Assembly (NCBI RefSeq): GCF_000315625.1 | Contig: NW_005434673.1 | Coordinates: 458,270-522,269, forward strand | Length of the DNA: 64,000 bases | Direction: 5' to 3' | Origin: Guillardia theta CCMP2712 | Lineage: Eukaryota > Protista > Cryptophyta | Part shown: positions 37,101 to 49,547 of the stretch, piece by piece | Numbering within the stretch: the first letter of the stretch is position 1 | Layout: each line of letters starts with the position of its first letter | Notes under the pieces: generated by a model | Databases searched by the model: none | Told to the model about the DNA's origin: nothing | What the model saw: only the letters and a program-made list of their open reading frames with translations | Made by a program: the position numbers and the translations under genes

Positions 37101-38157
37101 TGGTTGAAGAGACTATGAGGTGGGATCCATCTGCAATTCAACGCACCAGTGTCACATGACTTCACCCTCCGACGTTGAGCTCGCGACGATTTCAGTTCTC
37201 AATCCCTACATCACATCTCCTTTGAGTTTACATCATCCTCTAGCCTCCATTGCAATTGTCTAGTGCATATAGCCTTTTCCTCCTGTTATCCTTCTCGTTC
37301 CCTGATTTCCCATGGCCTACACCCTTCGAACCGTTCATCTGTTCACCCCCGAGTCTCCTCCACTCTGCTTCCTTGTCCTCTCCTGTCTCCTTGTACAGAC
37401 CATGCCGATCTCTACTCTTCTTCGTTCATGCTCTCATTAGTCACATTCTCTCCCTCCCATCCTCCTCCCTTCCATCATATCACCGGATCGGCGATGCTGC
37501 CATGCCGGATGCCTGGCCGGATGCTGTGTGAGGTGGGGGCCGTGTGCTGAATGAGGAGCATTATATGGGCTGCCGGCTGGGCGCCCGGCCACCGTCGGGC
37601 CCGGGACGCCGCTGCGGGGTCGGCCGTGGCTTTGACCGACTCACTAACTCAGTGTCTGTTCAGCTCAGACAGACAGTAGTAACCCGGGACTGACTGAAAC
37701 AGATGTATTTGATTCACAATTTTTCACACTGACAGGATGGAACTGGCAACTGCACATCGGCCATCACTTCAAGCCTTGTCAGACTGCCCTTACAAGTCAT
37801 CGCCGGTCCATTGCGGGCCGGGTTGTTGTCCTGACAGTGATCATGCATCGTACTACGCGCCTCCGAGTCACTGCCGCCGCAGAATTTGGCACTTGAACTG
37901 AGCGCCCGCCGGGCGCTCGAGCCACTCCCGGCACCAAGAGGGTCACTGCAGTTAACTTGCACTGGCGAGTTGGCCCGCAAGATCCTCTGCCTCCCTCAGA
38001 GTCTGGCTCTGACTTTCAAATTCAAGACAAGGATGGACTCCTTGAACCTATCAGACTCAGACCGACGGTCGCGACGTCACAGTGACTCAGTCAGGGCTCA
38101 GAGTGGACTTGACTCGTCAACTTGGCTGCTCTGCCAGGCTCGACCTTCAAGCCAGTT

Positions 38158-41100
38158 TCAACTCGCTCCCTGCAGGTGTTGGGGGTCTGGGGGGAATTTG
38201 ACATCTGCCTTGTCAGCTGCCAGGATCCGATCGCCGTGGAGGGCCAGCAGCACAGGGAGGAGGCAGAGGCCGAAGAAGGAGCCGCAGACGACGAGCGCCA
38301 TGTACATCCGGAAGTAGTAGACCACGAAGATGCGGCTGTGAGCCAAGCCGAGCACGGCGACGCCGAGGAACTTGGTGACGGCGATGCCGGAGAAGACGGC
38401 ACGGCCAACTCCTGTCACAGCCCTCACCACCCTTGCATCAGCTGGGCCCTTGCTGGATAGGAAGGCATGAGTGAGATGGACGCTGAACTCCACGGAGATG
38501 CCGATGGCGGCGACGAGGTTGACAGTCGAGAGCGCGTTCAGCTTGATGTCACACAGCCCCATCACGCCGACCATGACGACCTGGGGCAGGCTAAGAAGGA
38601 AGGAGGAAGAAGGAAGGAGGAAGAAGACCTCGATGGTGACAGCAACGAACATTATCAGAAATGCACAGAAAACGTTCTGCAGTAGCAGGACGAGGACCAG
38701 GGCGAGTGCTGCGATGGCGAGCGTCGAGACCGTCAAGGCGGAGTTCTCTATCCCAAGATACTACAAGGAAAAGCATCAGCGGGAAGTTCCTGGGCAGGAG
38801 GAGTTTACCTGCTCGAAGAAAGCGTAGAAGATGCTGTAAGCATACACGTCCAGCCCGAGGTTCTTCCTGATCTTGTCCACCAGCTCTTGAGAGAAGCTGA
38901 GAGCTTTGATGTAGTCCTCCTGGGTCTGGAGAGGAGAGTGATAGCCCATGAACCGGAGGGCCGTCAGCTGCTGCACTGAGAACTTCCCCAAGTCGTCGAT
39001 GTTGCGCTGCCTGCCATGGTTCTCCAGCGCTAGGATGGATCTGCAGCAAGTCAGTGTGAGGAGAAGCAGAAGGCATGTCAGCACATGTTCCCGAGATCAG
39101 CCGTATAGTGAGCACCGCACGTCGAGCAGCTTGCAGCTTCCCCTGGATCGGACGGGCACTCCGACTTCATGAAGTAGCTGAAAAACGTTTCGATATCCGC
39201 GGCTAGCGGCATCACTGAGCTGCTGCCGAGGCAAAGGAGAAAGCGCTCACCTCGAGGAAAGCTCAGGTTGAGAGGGACGCAGGAGACCTGCGCTTCCTTG
39301 TACTTTGCGTAGCACAGGCGTTGGCAGAAAGGAGCTTCGCCTCCTTGAAGGGCAGTCAGTCTCCCCCCCCCTCTCATGCTCTCCTGCTGTTCTCCAGCAC
39401 CTTCCGGGCAAAGCCCTGTTAGTCGAACTCCCCAGCAAGCTCCGGCTCCTGACGTTGCGTTGTACTTGCGGAATGCCGAATCTGGCAGGGCATGAGCGAG
39501 GCAGCCCCCTGCTACCTTGCATGGAGTAGCAGGGGCAGAAGGACAGGCGTCGGAGAACTGGAGGAGGAGGGTGTGAGGAATGGTTGATATGCCGTCAGTC
39601 GTCTCCTCACATAGGTCAAGGTGTCGTTGCAGGCGCAGAGGGGAGGGAAGGGTTCGTCAGGATGAAGCTTCGGTGTCCAATGAGCAGGGCAGACAGGCCC
39701 GCGGGTTCCGTTTCTGCTCGTCGACAGTGAGAGGAAACGGATCAAAGAGGGACAATGACGTACGAGTAGAGAGCCTGGCGGCAGCAAGCACGGGAGGGGT
39801 CACCTCGAGAGGACAAGAGCCAGGAGATCAAGTCGTCCACGATGCTTGCAACGCCTGAAAACATGCGCCATCAGCCTCGGTCACATTCCCCGACGTCCTC
39901 AGAGGACAAGACCGGATGCAAGGTATGTCTTGTCTGGGTGACGAGCTGCATTGCTCAGGAAATTGCCAAGGGAGTCCCTGGGTTGTCAAAAACATGAGGA
40001 AATGCGCGGTTGCAGTGAGAGAGTTTCTGTACATGTCGCAAGTCTGTCGAGTACACAACTTCCGTAGAAACTCCGTGTCTGTCATGTCGATGCTCTGAGA
40101 CTTGGACTTGTTGTTGCCCCATCCATTGACTACGAAGAAGACCGGCGGGCCAACCTACAGGTGAGTTTCAATCAAAACCCCTCACATCGTGCTCAAGCTC
40201 GTGCTCAAGCTCGTGAGACAGGAACTACCTGCAACAAGTTCGCCACGTCGTAGAAATATTTGACGAGAAAAGAGTCCTTTGGCAGAGCGTCCGTCTGCAA
40301 AAGGTTTATGACTACGTCCAATTGTCAAGGTCCTCCGGAGAGATCAGCAGACCTGCTCAAGGCCGAGCTCCACGAAACAGGAGCATATCATAGCAGCAAA
40401 CAGTATCAGGATTGAGATCCAAAGAACCAGCTTGTGATAGTAGGATGACAAGAGCCAGGCCTCTAGCGTGCTCTTCCCCAAGGGCTCCCTTGGGGGGCTG
40501 GCGGCTTCTCCACCACCCTCGTGACGCTGCTGGTTCAAGAGATTCTCATCAAGATCAGTAGGCTGATACTCAAGATGCATCCAGCTCTTGATGGAACTCC
40601 ATGTAGAAGCGATGCAATCCTGGTGGTCTCCCTCCCGTGTGCCTGTAGTATGCTCATGGCTGATCTCGAGGTAAGACAAGCAGACAGGAAACAGAGTCAG
40701 TTGTATCAGAACGTCGGCGACTACAGCAAAGCATGCAAAGTATGCAAATGACTCCACTGCAGGCATCCCCGTGCTCGATCCAAGAAGGAAAGCGATCGAT
40801 TCTGCAGAGGCCGCAGACACGATCGAAGGCCCAACTTGTGCTAAAGTTCTGGCACAGGCCTCAACCACTAAATCTGGGTTGTCGTTTGAAGTTTCAGCGC
40901 CCGAGGCGTCAGGCTGTCGATTCATCTCCCTCGAAGTCGATTGAAGCTGGTAGATGGACTCATCAAAACTCCACACAAGAATGAAAATGTTGTCCACCCC
41001 GATGGCAAGGATGAGGAAAGGAATGACTTCTGAGAGCACTAAAGTGGCTTTGATTCCGAAGAGCGAACACAAGGTACAGGCGATCAGAAGGCTGACAATG

Positions 41101-43357
41101 ACCATGAATATTCCTGCTGATGCCAGCAAGATCCTCTCCTTCACCCGCCTTGGCCTGCATTCTGAATTTCGCTGTCGTCCGATTGACAAGGACACGTACA
41201 TAAACATCACTGCGTAGCTCATGAGGACCGTCGGGATGTCATTCGAGCTCTGCCGGTCCAGCTCGTCTTGTAGCGCTCTTTCCATGCTGTAAGTTATCTC
41301 CAGCCTAGATCCTTGTGTCCGGTCACCATGCTTTGCGATCATCTCCAGAGCCTGTTAGCCCCCCGGGTCAGCGAGGGATGACTGTGAATATTGACTCACC
41401 TTAGATTCCCAAACAAGGGCACGAGCTTTGCTCCACTCATCGTTGTTGAAGAGGTAAGTCACAATCAGCGCCTCGCTGTCCGACGGCTCCACCTCCCCAC
41501 CTTGCGCTCCGAACAGAACCTTGGGAAAGATCAGGGGCAGCCCAGCTCGGGACCAGCAATCCCGTTCGCTGCCATCGGGTCAACTAACGTGAAGAGGAGG
41601 ACAGGATCACCTTGCTCCGAACTGAGCACAGCGGTCGACCTTCTGTTTCAGCGCTGCGTCACAGTCGCTCTTATTGCTCGGCCCCCATCCGTTTTTGTCC
41701 TGGCAGGCTTGGGCAGCTCGCAGGCTCGAGATGTTCGTCTGCCAATATTCGGTCACGCTCTGAACGAGACAGCCGGCGCCGGGGGTCGGCTGGAAGCAAA
41801 TGTCTTGGATCGTCCAGACTTCTCCGACCTCACATCTCGCACCCCGATCGGCCTCGACCAGCTCTTCACAGCTGATTTGGATTCCCTCCAGCTCAAGCTG
41901 CAGGTCTATCAGCTCTTCCAGAACATTCAGATCGATGGCTGAGGTCTGCAGCTCGTCTGCGTCTTTGCTCCTGACAATCATCATCTCCGTCCTCCAGAAC
42001 GGCCCGAAAGTAGAGTCGAAAGAATGCTTCTCCTTGGTGCAGCGACTCTGACTGCCTGCCCAAAGCTGGACAGGGTCGGAGATCTGTTGTATGGGTTTGT
42101 ACCATAGGGCGATGAAGCAGCAGAGGATGATCAGACACCATATTTGCGATGTTCGCTGGCGATTGCTTGCACAGCTTTCACCAACCCTGTACAGAAACCT
42201 GTAGATCGCATTCTTTGATTCGAACTGCTGCGAGATGTGCTCGAGACGTTTTGAAAACTCTGCACTCTGCCGAGAGCTTCCATCGAGGAAGTCGATTTGC
42301 ACATCCGGGGGATTATGTTTGGTCAGTGCGAGAGTCAGAAAGAAGATGAGAAGCACGTAAGTAGTTGCTAAAACAACATTCACGTTCAGAGGGAGGAATG
42401 GATTCATCCGAACTTTCCACCACGGTATCCCCTCGTCAGACTCAGGGATAGCAGGACATGCATCTGTGCAGTCACTGCATTGGCATGATAGTGTCCTGTC
42501 GGATGTGTCGCATGCTGCAACAGTTTGATTCATAGCCGCCCCGAAACCATCCAGCAAGCTCAGGGACTGATTTTCATCCCCGAGCTCAAAAATGATCTTC
42601 AGCGGGTTCTGGCCGCTCGCATAAGCCGCAGTGCCCTGAAACGAGAGGAACGACTCTGCGTCGTTGGAGTTGCCGAACGCCATCGACATGGCTTTCTGTC
42701 CACTTGCTGCTACCGTCACATCCTTGCAAGACCGGTACAGCCTCTCAGCATAACCTCGATCCACCAGGACTCGCACCGTCTGGATCGTGGAGATGTTCCT
42801 TACGGCCGAGACAGTCCCACCACATCCTGCCATCGCGCCATTCTTGGCATTGTTGGGCTCTGGCCAGTCATCGGTACTGCATGGCGATGCATCCTCAACC
42901 TGGATGAAGTTTCCCTGCGTGCTTGAGCAGGTGAATTCGCACCAAAACCTCTTGAAGTTCTGCCAGCATGCCGGGCAACTCGCGAGCATACCCTCTGCCA
43001 TCGCAAGCTGCTCGCTCAACGTGTCCAGTTGGTCCTCGGAGCAACACACGTCGTCGGAGGATGAGAAGGCCTCCCCACAGACTTCCTCGATCCTCGGGGC
43101 GACCTGAGAAGCCTACAGCATGGCATCAGGAGGAGCAGCGAGCGCATGTCGAGCTTTCATACAGGGCGAGGGGATCGCTCGTCATCTGCCAGCTGGCATG
43201 GCGCTCCTTTCCCAGGAAAGGGGCAGAGGACGCCACCGGCCTCACAACCCTCAGTACCTGGAGGGCAAGAACATACTGGGGATGCGACGCAGACGCCGCG
43301 CATGGTACACAGCCCGTGAGGAGGAGCTGAGAGGGGAGAGAGGGAAGGAGATGATGG

Positions 43358-43455
<98 letters not shown>

Positions 43456-43525
43456 GGAGCAAAGAAGCCGCCAACACCAGCATCGCCATTATGCCGCCCC
43501 CGCTCCACCCGCCCCGTTCAACCAT
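38158..43525 (-). CDS. NPC1: Niemann-Pick C1 sterol transporter
   Basis: N-terminal domain CCSEDQL...CPACWQNFKRFWCEFTCS, CQCSDCTDACP; FDSTFGPFWRTE; sterol-sensing domain EVIPFLILAIGVDNIFIL; GPPVFFVV; AYSIFYAFFEQ; LNALSTVNLVAAIGISVEFSVH; FVVYYFRMY; start may be 43489. Confidence 0.96.
43351..43452. repeat. (ATG/TCA)n microsatellite, about 33 units, read as poly-Ser in NPC1 exon 1
   Basis: Direct reading. Confidence 0.93.
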
Positions 43526-43588
43526 CGCCACAAACTTCACCGAGGCGGGCCCTAAATACGTGAGGCCATACACTCCCACCCTGTCACA

Positions 43589-45195
43589 ATGGCGGCGGCC
43601 TCGTTGGCAGCGGTAGCGGCGATGGCGATGGTGGCGGCTCCTTCAGCAGCCTTCCATGTCTCCCCATGCTCTCTCTCCTCCTTCTTAGCCCTCAAGGCGA
43701 TCCATCCTCGTCCTCACGGCTCCCTGCGCCACTCCAGCATCGGGCCACAGCAGGGAAGTCCAGGGCCCAGGCGATCCGCGAGCCCGAACAATGGTGCTCG
43801 GGGGTTGCAGAGCTCGGAGAAGGGAGGAGCAGTGAAGATTGTGAGACAACAACAACCAGTGTGCATGTGTGCACACGCAGCTGACGATCCTGTTACAGCT
43901 GATTCCCATCCTTGGCGTCGGCTTCGTTTTCGGAGGGCTGTGAGTTCCACATGGACCCTCTTCCTTCCCATCTGACGCCTGACCCTCAAGCTTCCCACTC
44001 ATCAACAACGGACTCAACTATGCCAAGTTGGATTCCTCTATCTCGGGTGCTGCGACTGGCCTGAAACAGAAAGAGATCGACGAGAAGCTGAAGCGAGTGC
44101 CGGCCTTTGCCGTCACCGACGACCAGGCAACCTTGATGATGGCAGGAGATGCTGCTAGCAGTGACAGCGGTCGTGCAGGGAACTCCGTATGTCGCTGAGT
44201 ACCAGGGCAAGAACAGAGGATACTTCTTCCTCAACCCCAAGGATGCGGAGAAGTTCAGGGATAGAGTCAAGGTGAGAGTGGGCTGTCTGGTGGAAAGGCC
44301 GCTCAGCGTCTGCAATAGGAGCTGCAAACTCAGGGGAGCTCGGTCTCTGTTCGGACGACCACCCTAGATGAGGCCATCAAGTACATCAAGTCAAAAGCGA
44401 GTGAGTGTGAGAGGAGGGAGCGAACCCGGGGCTGACCGACGGCGCAGACTCTGACCCATTCGAGATCTTGCCCTATGGAGAGGAGGTGCGAGGACAACCC
44501 CCCCCTTCCCATTTTTCCCTGCAACTTCCCTCCTCCCCCCTCTTTCTTTTCCTTTCCTCTTCCCCCTCTTCCTTCCCCCTCCCCTCCGTTGATGCAGCCC
44601 TTGTCGTCAGATTGAGATCGCAAGGGGCATCAAGAACCCAGAGAACTGCGACATCTGCTGGGGTGCTGAGGGGGTAAAGGAGAAGATTCCGGTGTACCTT
44701 GTGGAAGGTGATTTTCACAGCTCCGCCCTCCTGCCTCCTCCTCATGATGAGTCCTTGTGCTAGGACTGGGACTGCAGAAGGACAGCAAGGTCATCACACC
44801 TCTGTTTTTCGACAAGGTGGCTGCGGTCAGGCTTGCGTGTTGGGACTGAGTGCAAGCCAGGCAGGAGCAGAGAGCTTTTACAGGCAAGCGTCTAAGACCG
44901 GAGAGCCCAAGTTGCAGGTCAGGGGAAAAGCTTGTCCTGCCATCTGTGCAGGACTGAAGTGAGCACAGGTGTTGGATCTCAGCGCTCTCATAAAGAAGAT
45001 GAGGAAGGGCGGGAGCACCGAGTAATCACGATAACAAGTCCAGGAGACTCCAACTGATTCGGTTCCTTCAGGTTCAGGAAGGTTGTTTTCTTCCCCAACA
45101 AGGACGCGATTGAGTATGCCACCGGAAAGCCAGCTCAGATTCTAGCAAGCGATGGCAAGAGCCCATCAACCATCTTCCCCCCTGAGAAGCCCTGA
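43589..45195 (+). CDS. TIC22: Tic22-family plastid protein-import chaperone with bipartite presequence
   Basis: MAAASLAAVAAMAMVAAPSAAF presequence; EIDEKLKRVPAFAVTDDQ/GTPYV...GYFFLNPKDAEKF; IPVYLVE; ITPLFFDK; VLDLSALIKKM...KVVFFP. Confidence 0.8.
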
Positions 45196-45213
45196 GCAGC
45201 GAGTGCAAGGAGG

Positions 45214-47034
45214 TCAAGATATTTCACTGCTATTGCAACAACTATGGTACAGAGCAACTCGATTGCACTGAGCAAGGAAGTCTTCGCTAGTCCTCCTCCA
45301 CTTCATCGTGTTGCAAGTCCCGCAGGCGGCAACGCATGAATCCTTGTTGTACACCCTCACCTGCCCCTCCTCTCAGTCACCCGAACCTCCTTCGTCTTCC
45401 AAACCTGCGTCACCACACGGTCCAGCCCGTTGTAATGCTTGCCCGGAATCGTCTCTTTGCCGCAGTAGTGACAAGGCTTCGCAACGATGGCTTGAAAGTC
45501 TTCCTGTGATAGCGCGTAGGTCTTGGACTTGGTCAGGTAGCCAGACAACCTCTTGGGCATGAAGTTGTCCCGGAAGGCCTCGGGGTAGCGACCGAAATCG
45601 CCGAGTCCATTTGCCTGACGAAGATCAATAAGGAGTGAGAGGAGGTTGGGGGGGGGGGTGAGGGGGGGGGGGGTGAGGGATGGAGGCAAGGGGATAGAGT
45701 GCTCACGGTTGCAACGTGCTTGCAAATCGCGACAAAGTCTTCCTGGGAGTGATTGTGCTTCATCTGGTTGCAATCGGAACATGCAGGAGCGGTGTTGTTG
45801 AGCGTGTATGCTGGGATGGAGTGATCGATACGATTGATCCCATTGATCCCCTGCGAGTTCTCCTTTGCCGCACGACCGCAGAACGCGCAACTGCCATGGC
45901 TGTAAGCATCACCGTTGGTCCGAAGGGTTCTTACTTCCGCCTCATTATGGCTTGTGCCTGACTATCGAGCAGGTTCCATGACAGCCTCTTCTCGCTGGCG
46001 ATCTTCTGGTAAGTTCTGATCTGATGGATAGTCACGACAGAGAGAGTCAGAAACATGGGCAGAGCAGAGACCTTGACGATGGACGGGCATCCCTTGCCAG
46101 GCTTGCGCTGCAAAAAGGTCAGTTAGCAAACTTGGCAGCGACGAAGCCTCGATCACGATGATAGTCTTCTTCTCCTCCTCAAGAGGTTTTCTGCATTGTT
46201 GGCACATCATAGGAGAACTCTTTCTTTCTTCATCCCCCCGGGGATCATGAGCAGCTTTGCCGGCATTGCGGCTGGCAACCTGTTGACCCAAGGTGAAAAA
46301 ACTCTCCAGACTGGTCTGGTTGTGTTTGCTCCTCGAGTGCCGACAGGAGTAGCAAATGATGTTCAAGGCGGAGGACGGGGAACTTCGCTTCTTCCTGTGC
46401 ATGTCGATCAGTGAAGGAGATCGGCCCAAGTGCGCAGGACCTTGCCGTCTTCCTTCCTGCTGGCAGCTCCAACGACGCATCATCGAGCTTTGGCGAGAGC
46501 GTGGCATCGTGGCAGGATGCGAGTCGGGTGTCATCAAGGAGGAGAAGAAGAGCGAGAGAGAGGAGGAGGGAGAGAGAGAGAGAGGGTCTGTACATGTCGC
46601 ATGCTCCTGCCGATCGCCATGGTCTCATACTGCAGCCATGGCGGTTCAAAAGCTTTCACATGTGTTACACGCCCCAAGGACGGTCCCTACCCCCATGAGA
46701 TTCATTGCAATCAATAACCCTTTCTTTGACCAGGCATGTGAGGGAATGTACCGGTACTTTGTCAAAGACCACCGGTAGTGAGATCCTCTTCCATGGCGTT
46801 CGCTCAAGTATGTCGATGACACGTCGCGAAGGCGGGGGGAGAGGGAGGGTGAGGGAGTGAGGAGCAAGGGGAGAGGTAGAGCTCATGGATGGACTGAGAT
46901 AGGACAGGGAGGGAGGCCAGGGCAAGGACACAAAGGTGCGGAGGAGTCAGGGTGCGGAGGAGGCTGAACAGGGGACGCGGGGAGGGAACCTGGCGCTTCA
47001 TCTGGGCATCGCAGGCGTCAGACTCCTGTTTCAT
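45214..47034 (-). CDS. Protein with two tandem HNH-like (His-Me finger, CxxC...CxxCN) nuclease domains of giant-virus/phage type, intron-containing
   Basis: Spliced: CAFCGRAAKENSQGINGINRIDHSIPAYTLNNTAPACSDCNQMK and PCHYCGKETIPGKHYNGLDRVVTQ/VRVYNKDSCVAACGTCNTMK; exons 5' of 46020 uncertain. Confidence 0.75.
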
Positions 47035-47048
47035 ACCTGCTCACCAGG

Positions 47049-48155
47049 ATGAAATGGTGGGTGAACCTTGCGGGTGGTGTTTTCTCTCTGGGGATTTGCC
47101 GTGCGGGGTATGTTGCCTACGTGTATCGTCCTACTCCGGATTATTCCAAGGAAGGGTTCGGGTATGAACCGACCAAGAGACGACAGATCAACTTGCACCA
47201 AGAGCCTGTCGAGCTTCTAGTTGCCAGGAACATCACCATGTCCCTCGGCAAGCTCGTCTCTGAGTTCCTCATGAGGCGGTTGAACTCCCTCCAGGTCGTC
47301 GAAGACTCGAGGCACGAAGCCTGGCTCGCGAGGATAAGGAGTAGGCCCGCGGGCATCCCCCTCATCACGGTAGCCAACCATGAATCCTGCTGCGACGATC
47401 CGGGGCTGATGGGAGCGCTGACTCCATGGGACGTTGCCATCGACCCCATCCGCATGCGCTGGGGCCTCTGCACCCAGGAAATTTGCTTCCCCAAGGGCAA
47501 ACATCTGATCCACACCTTCATCGGGTGCGGACAAGCGCTGCCGATCCGGAGAGGAGGAGGAGTCGACCAGCCGCTCCTGTTCGACGTGGCGCGAGAGCTC
47601 GCAGCAGGGCGATGGGTACATGTGTTCCCTGAGGCCAGGGTGGTCCAGTCCTGCACTATCGGCCTTGACCCCCTCACGCGCCGGACGGCGGACGAGTTGA
47701 GGGAGATGGGGAGGCTCAAGTGGGGAGTGGGCAAGCTCATTGCGCACTCCCCGGTGACTCCCATCATCATCCCCCTCTACCACAAAGGGATGGCTGGCGT
47801 CATGCCGCAGAAGAACAGGTGGGTTTGTAAGGACGAGCAGACGTACGACTACGACAACAGGCTGCTCTCTGTCTTCCCGAGGGGAGGAGGATACGTCGTT
47901 GTGCGGTTCGGAGAGGAGATCAAGGTAGACGACCTGATCTCTGAGCACGAGAGCCTCTACGGCCCGCTCCCCAAGGTGACAACAGAAGGGCTGCAAGACG
48001 GCATCATCAACTGCCGTTGGGAGTCGACGCAGCAGGAGAAGCTCTTGTACAGTGCGATCACGAGGAGGATAGAGCATGCGCTCCTCAAGCTCGAAGAAGA
48101 CTCGAAGGAAGCGCTCGAGTGCCCCTGCACCCGGTTCGTCCACAAGCGAACGTGA
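47049..48155 (+). CDS. TAZ: Tafazzin (cardiolipin transacylase, PlsC superfamily), intronless
   Basis: PLITVANHESCCDDPGL; MRWGLCTQEICF; LPIRRGGGVDQ; GRWVHVFPEARV; LKWGVGKLI. Confidence 0.92.
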   Translation: MKWWVNLAGGVFSLGICRAGYVAYVYRPTPDYSKEGFGYEPTKRRQINLHQEPVELLVARNITMSLGKLVSEFLMRRLNSLQVVEDSRHEAWLARIRSRPAGIPLITVANHESCCDDPGLMGALTPWDVAIDPIRMRWGLCTQEICFPKGKHLIHTFIGCGQALPIRRGGGVDQPLLFDVARELAAGRWVHVFPEARVVQSCTIGLDPLTRRTADELREMGRLKWGVGKLIAHSPVTPIIIPLYHKGMAGVMPQKNRWVCKDEQTYDYDNRLLSVFPRGGGYVVVRFGEEIKVDDLISEHESLYGPLPKVTTEGLQDGIINCRWESTQQEKLLYSAITRRIEHALLKLEEDSKEALECPCTRFVHKRT

Positions 48156-48388
48156 AGAATAAACGACAACTTCGCAATGACGCATTGCTGAACCCAATCA
48201 AACATTCAACTATCTCAATCTCATCTGAGCCAAAGACCTGAGCTGAGCTGCCCTGTTCTGATCTGAGCTACAAGGTTGATGAGCTCGCAGTGAAAAACTA
48301 CCACATTTCAAAATTTAATCTTCCATCAAGGCGGTTAATCTCTGTCATTTCTGTTGTGTCCGTCTCACAACAGCTCGATGCCATCTGC

Positions 48389-49164
48389 TTAGTAGCCCTG
48401 GTAGTAGGCCTTGCGCGGAGCTGCGTTGGCCCACGGCTGGTACCTGGCGCGGTAACGGTAAGAAAGGAATCAATACAAGGGCTACTCACTTGGGGTCCAA
48501 GATGTTGGAGATCTTCTCATGAACTCCCGTGTACTGGGAAGTGTGGGGAGTGGAAAAACGCTTCTGAAACTTCTTGTTCTCGGCCTCGATCTTGGCAGCC
48601 TTGGCAGCCAAAGCCTGACCACTTGGTTAGCATACAGTTCAACGGTGCTTCACCTTTGAAACCTGGGGAGAGTTGTTCTTGCGGATGTTGGCGATGGCGA
48701 TCCTGTCTTCCCAGGAGTTCTGTCGGCTCCAAGGAGCGAAGTAGCCCATGTTTTGCATGATCTTGGATGGAAATTGTTAGAAGAATGTTGTGAGGAAAAG
48801 CGGGAGCTACAAGCAGCAGCAGGGCAAGGGAGAGCTCGAGAACAAGTAGATATGGGACTTACTCGTGCATACTGCTGGGGCATGGAGAGCTTCTTAGCGT
48901 GCGAGTGCTTCTGTGCAGGCTGAGCAGTGCTCATCTTCTCCATGCGCACGCGCTTGCCGTTGAGAGATTGCTGGCACCCCATTGGGTCATTGCCGGCAGC
49001 AAGGTCATGAAAGGACTCACCATGACGTTGATCATATCGAGGTCAGTCTGCGGGAAGCTGACGAGAGCCGTTCGCCGAGTAGCCGTGATGTTGACCATGG
49101 CGAGGACGGAAAGAAGAGCGACGCCAGCCATGAAGGCGGCGAAGGTGCGACGATCGTCTGCCAT
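48389..49164 (-). CDS. Small N-terminally anchored or secreted hypothetical protein (multi-exon)
   Basis: MADDRRTFAAFMAGVALLSVLAMVNITATRRTAL; clean GT-AG exons ending YQPWANAAPRKAYYQGY*. Confidence 0.65.
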
Positions 49165-49547
49165 GGTTTCTGAAGAGTCAGCTGCGGCAGTGCTGCGGGG
49201 CAGTAAATGTACACTAGGCCATTGGCTAGGTAAAAAGTCCGCGGGTCAAGGGCAGAACTAAGAGCTAGGGTGCGGAGGCCACAGACCAGGGGTAGAAGCT
49301 ATGGTCAAATTATCTATCAGGATCAAAGGGAAAATGGAGAGCTCTATACTACTATGGGCAATGATTTGATTATATTAGCTGATCTACCATGCCGCAGTGC
49401 CGTAACCGAAACCTGACCGCCTCCATGGTTGTAGTGAGCCCATAGCCCTGGGACTAGGCGGGCAACCAACGAGGAGGAGGAGGACGGGGCGAGAGAACTT
49501 GCAAGGGTCGAAACGGTTCACCCAGTGAATGCCGTCGAGCCTCGGAA

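Noticed and set aside
47141-48197. Long antisense ORFs opposite tafazzin (also opposite the kinase and rpiA)
   Set aside because: Shadow ORFs expected from GC-rich codon usage
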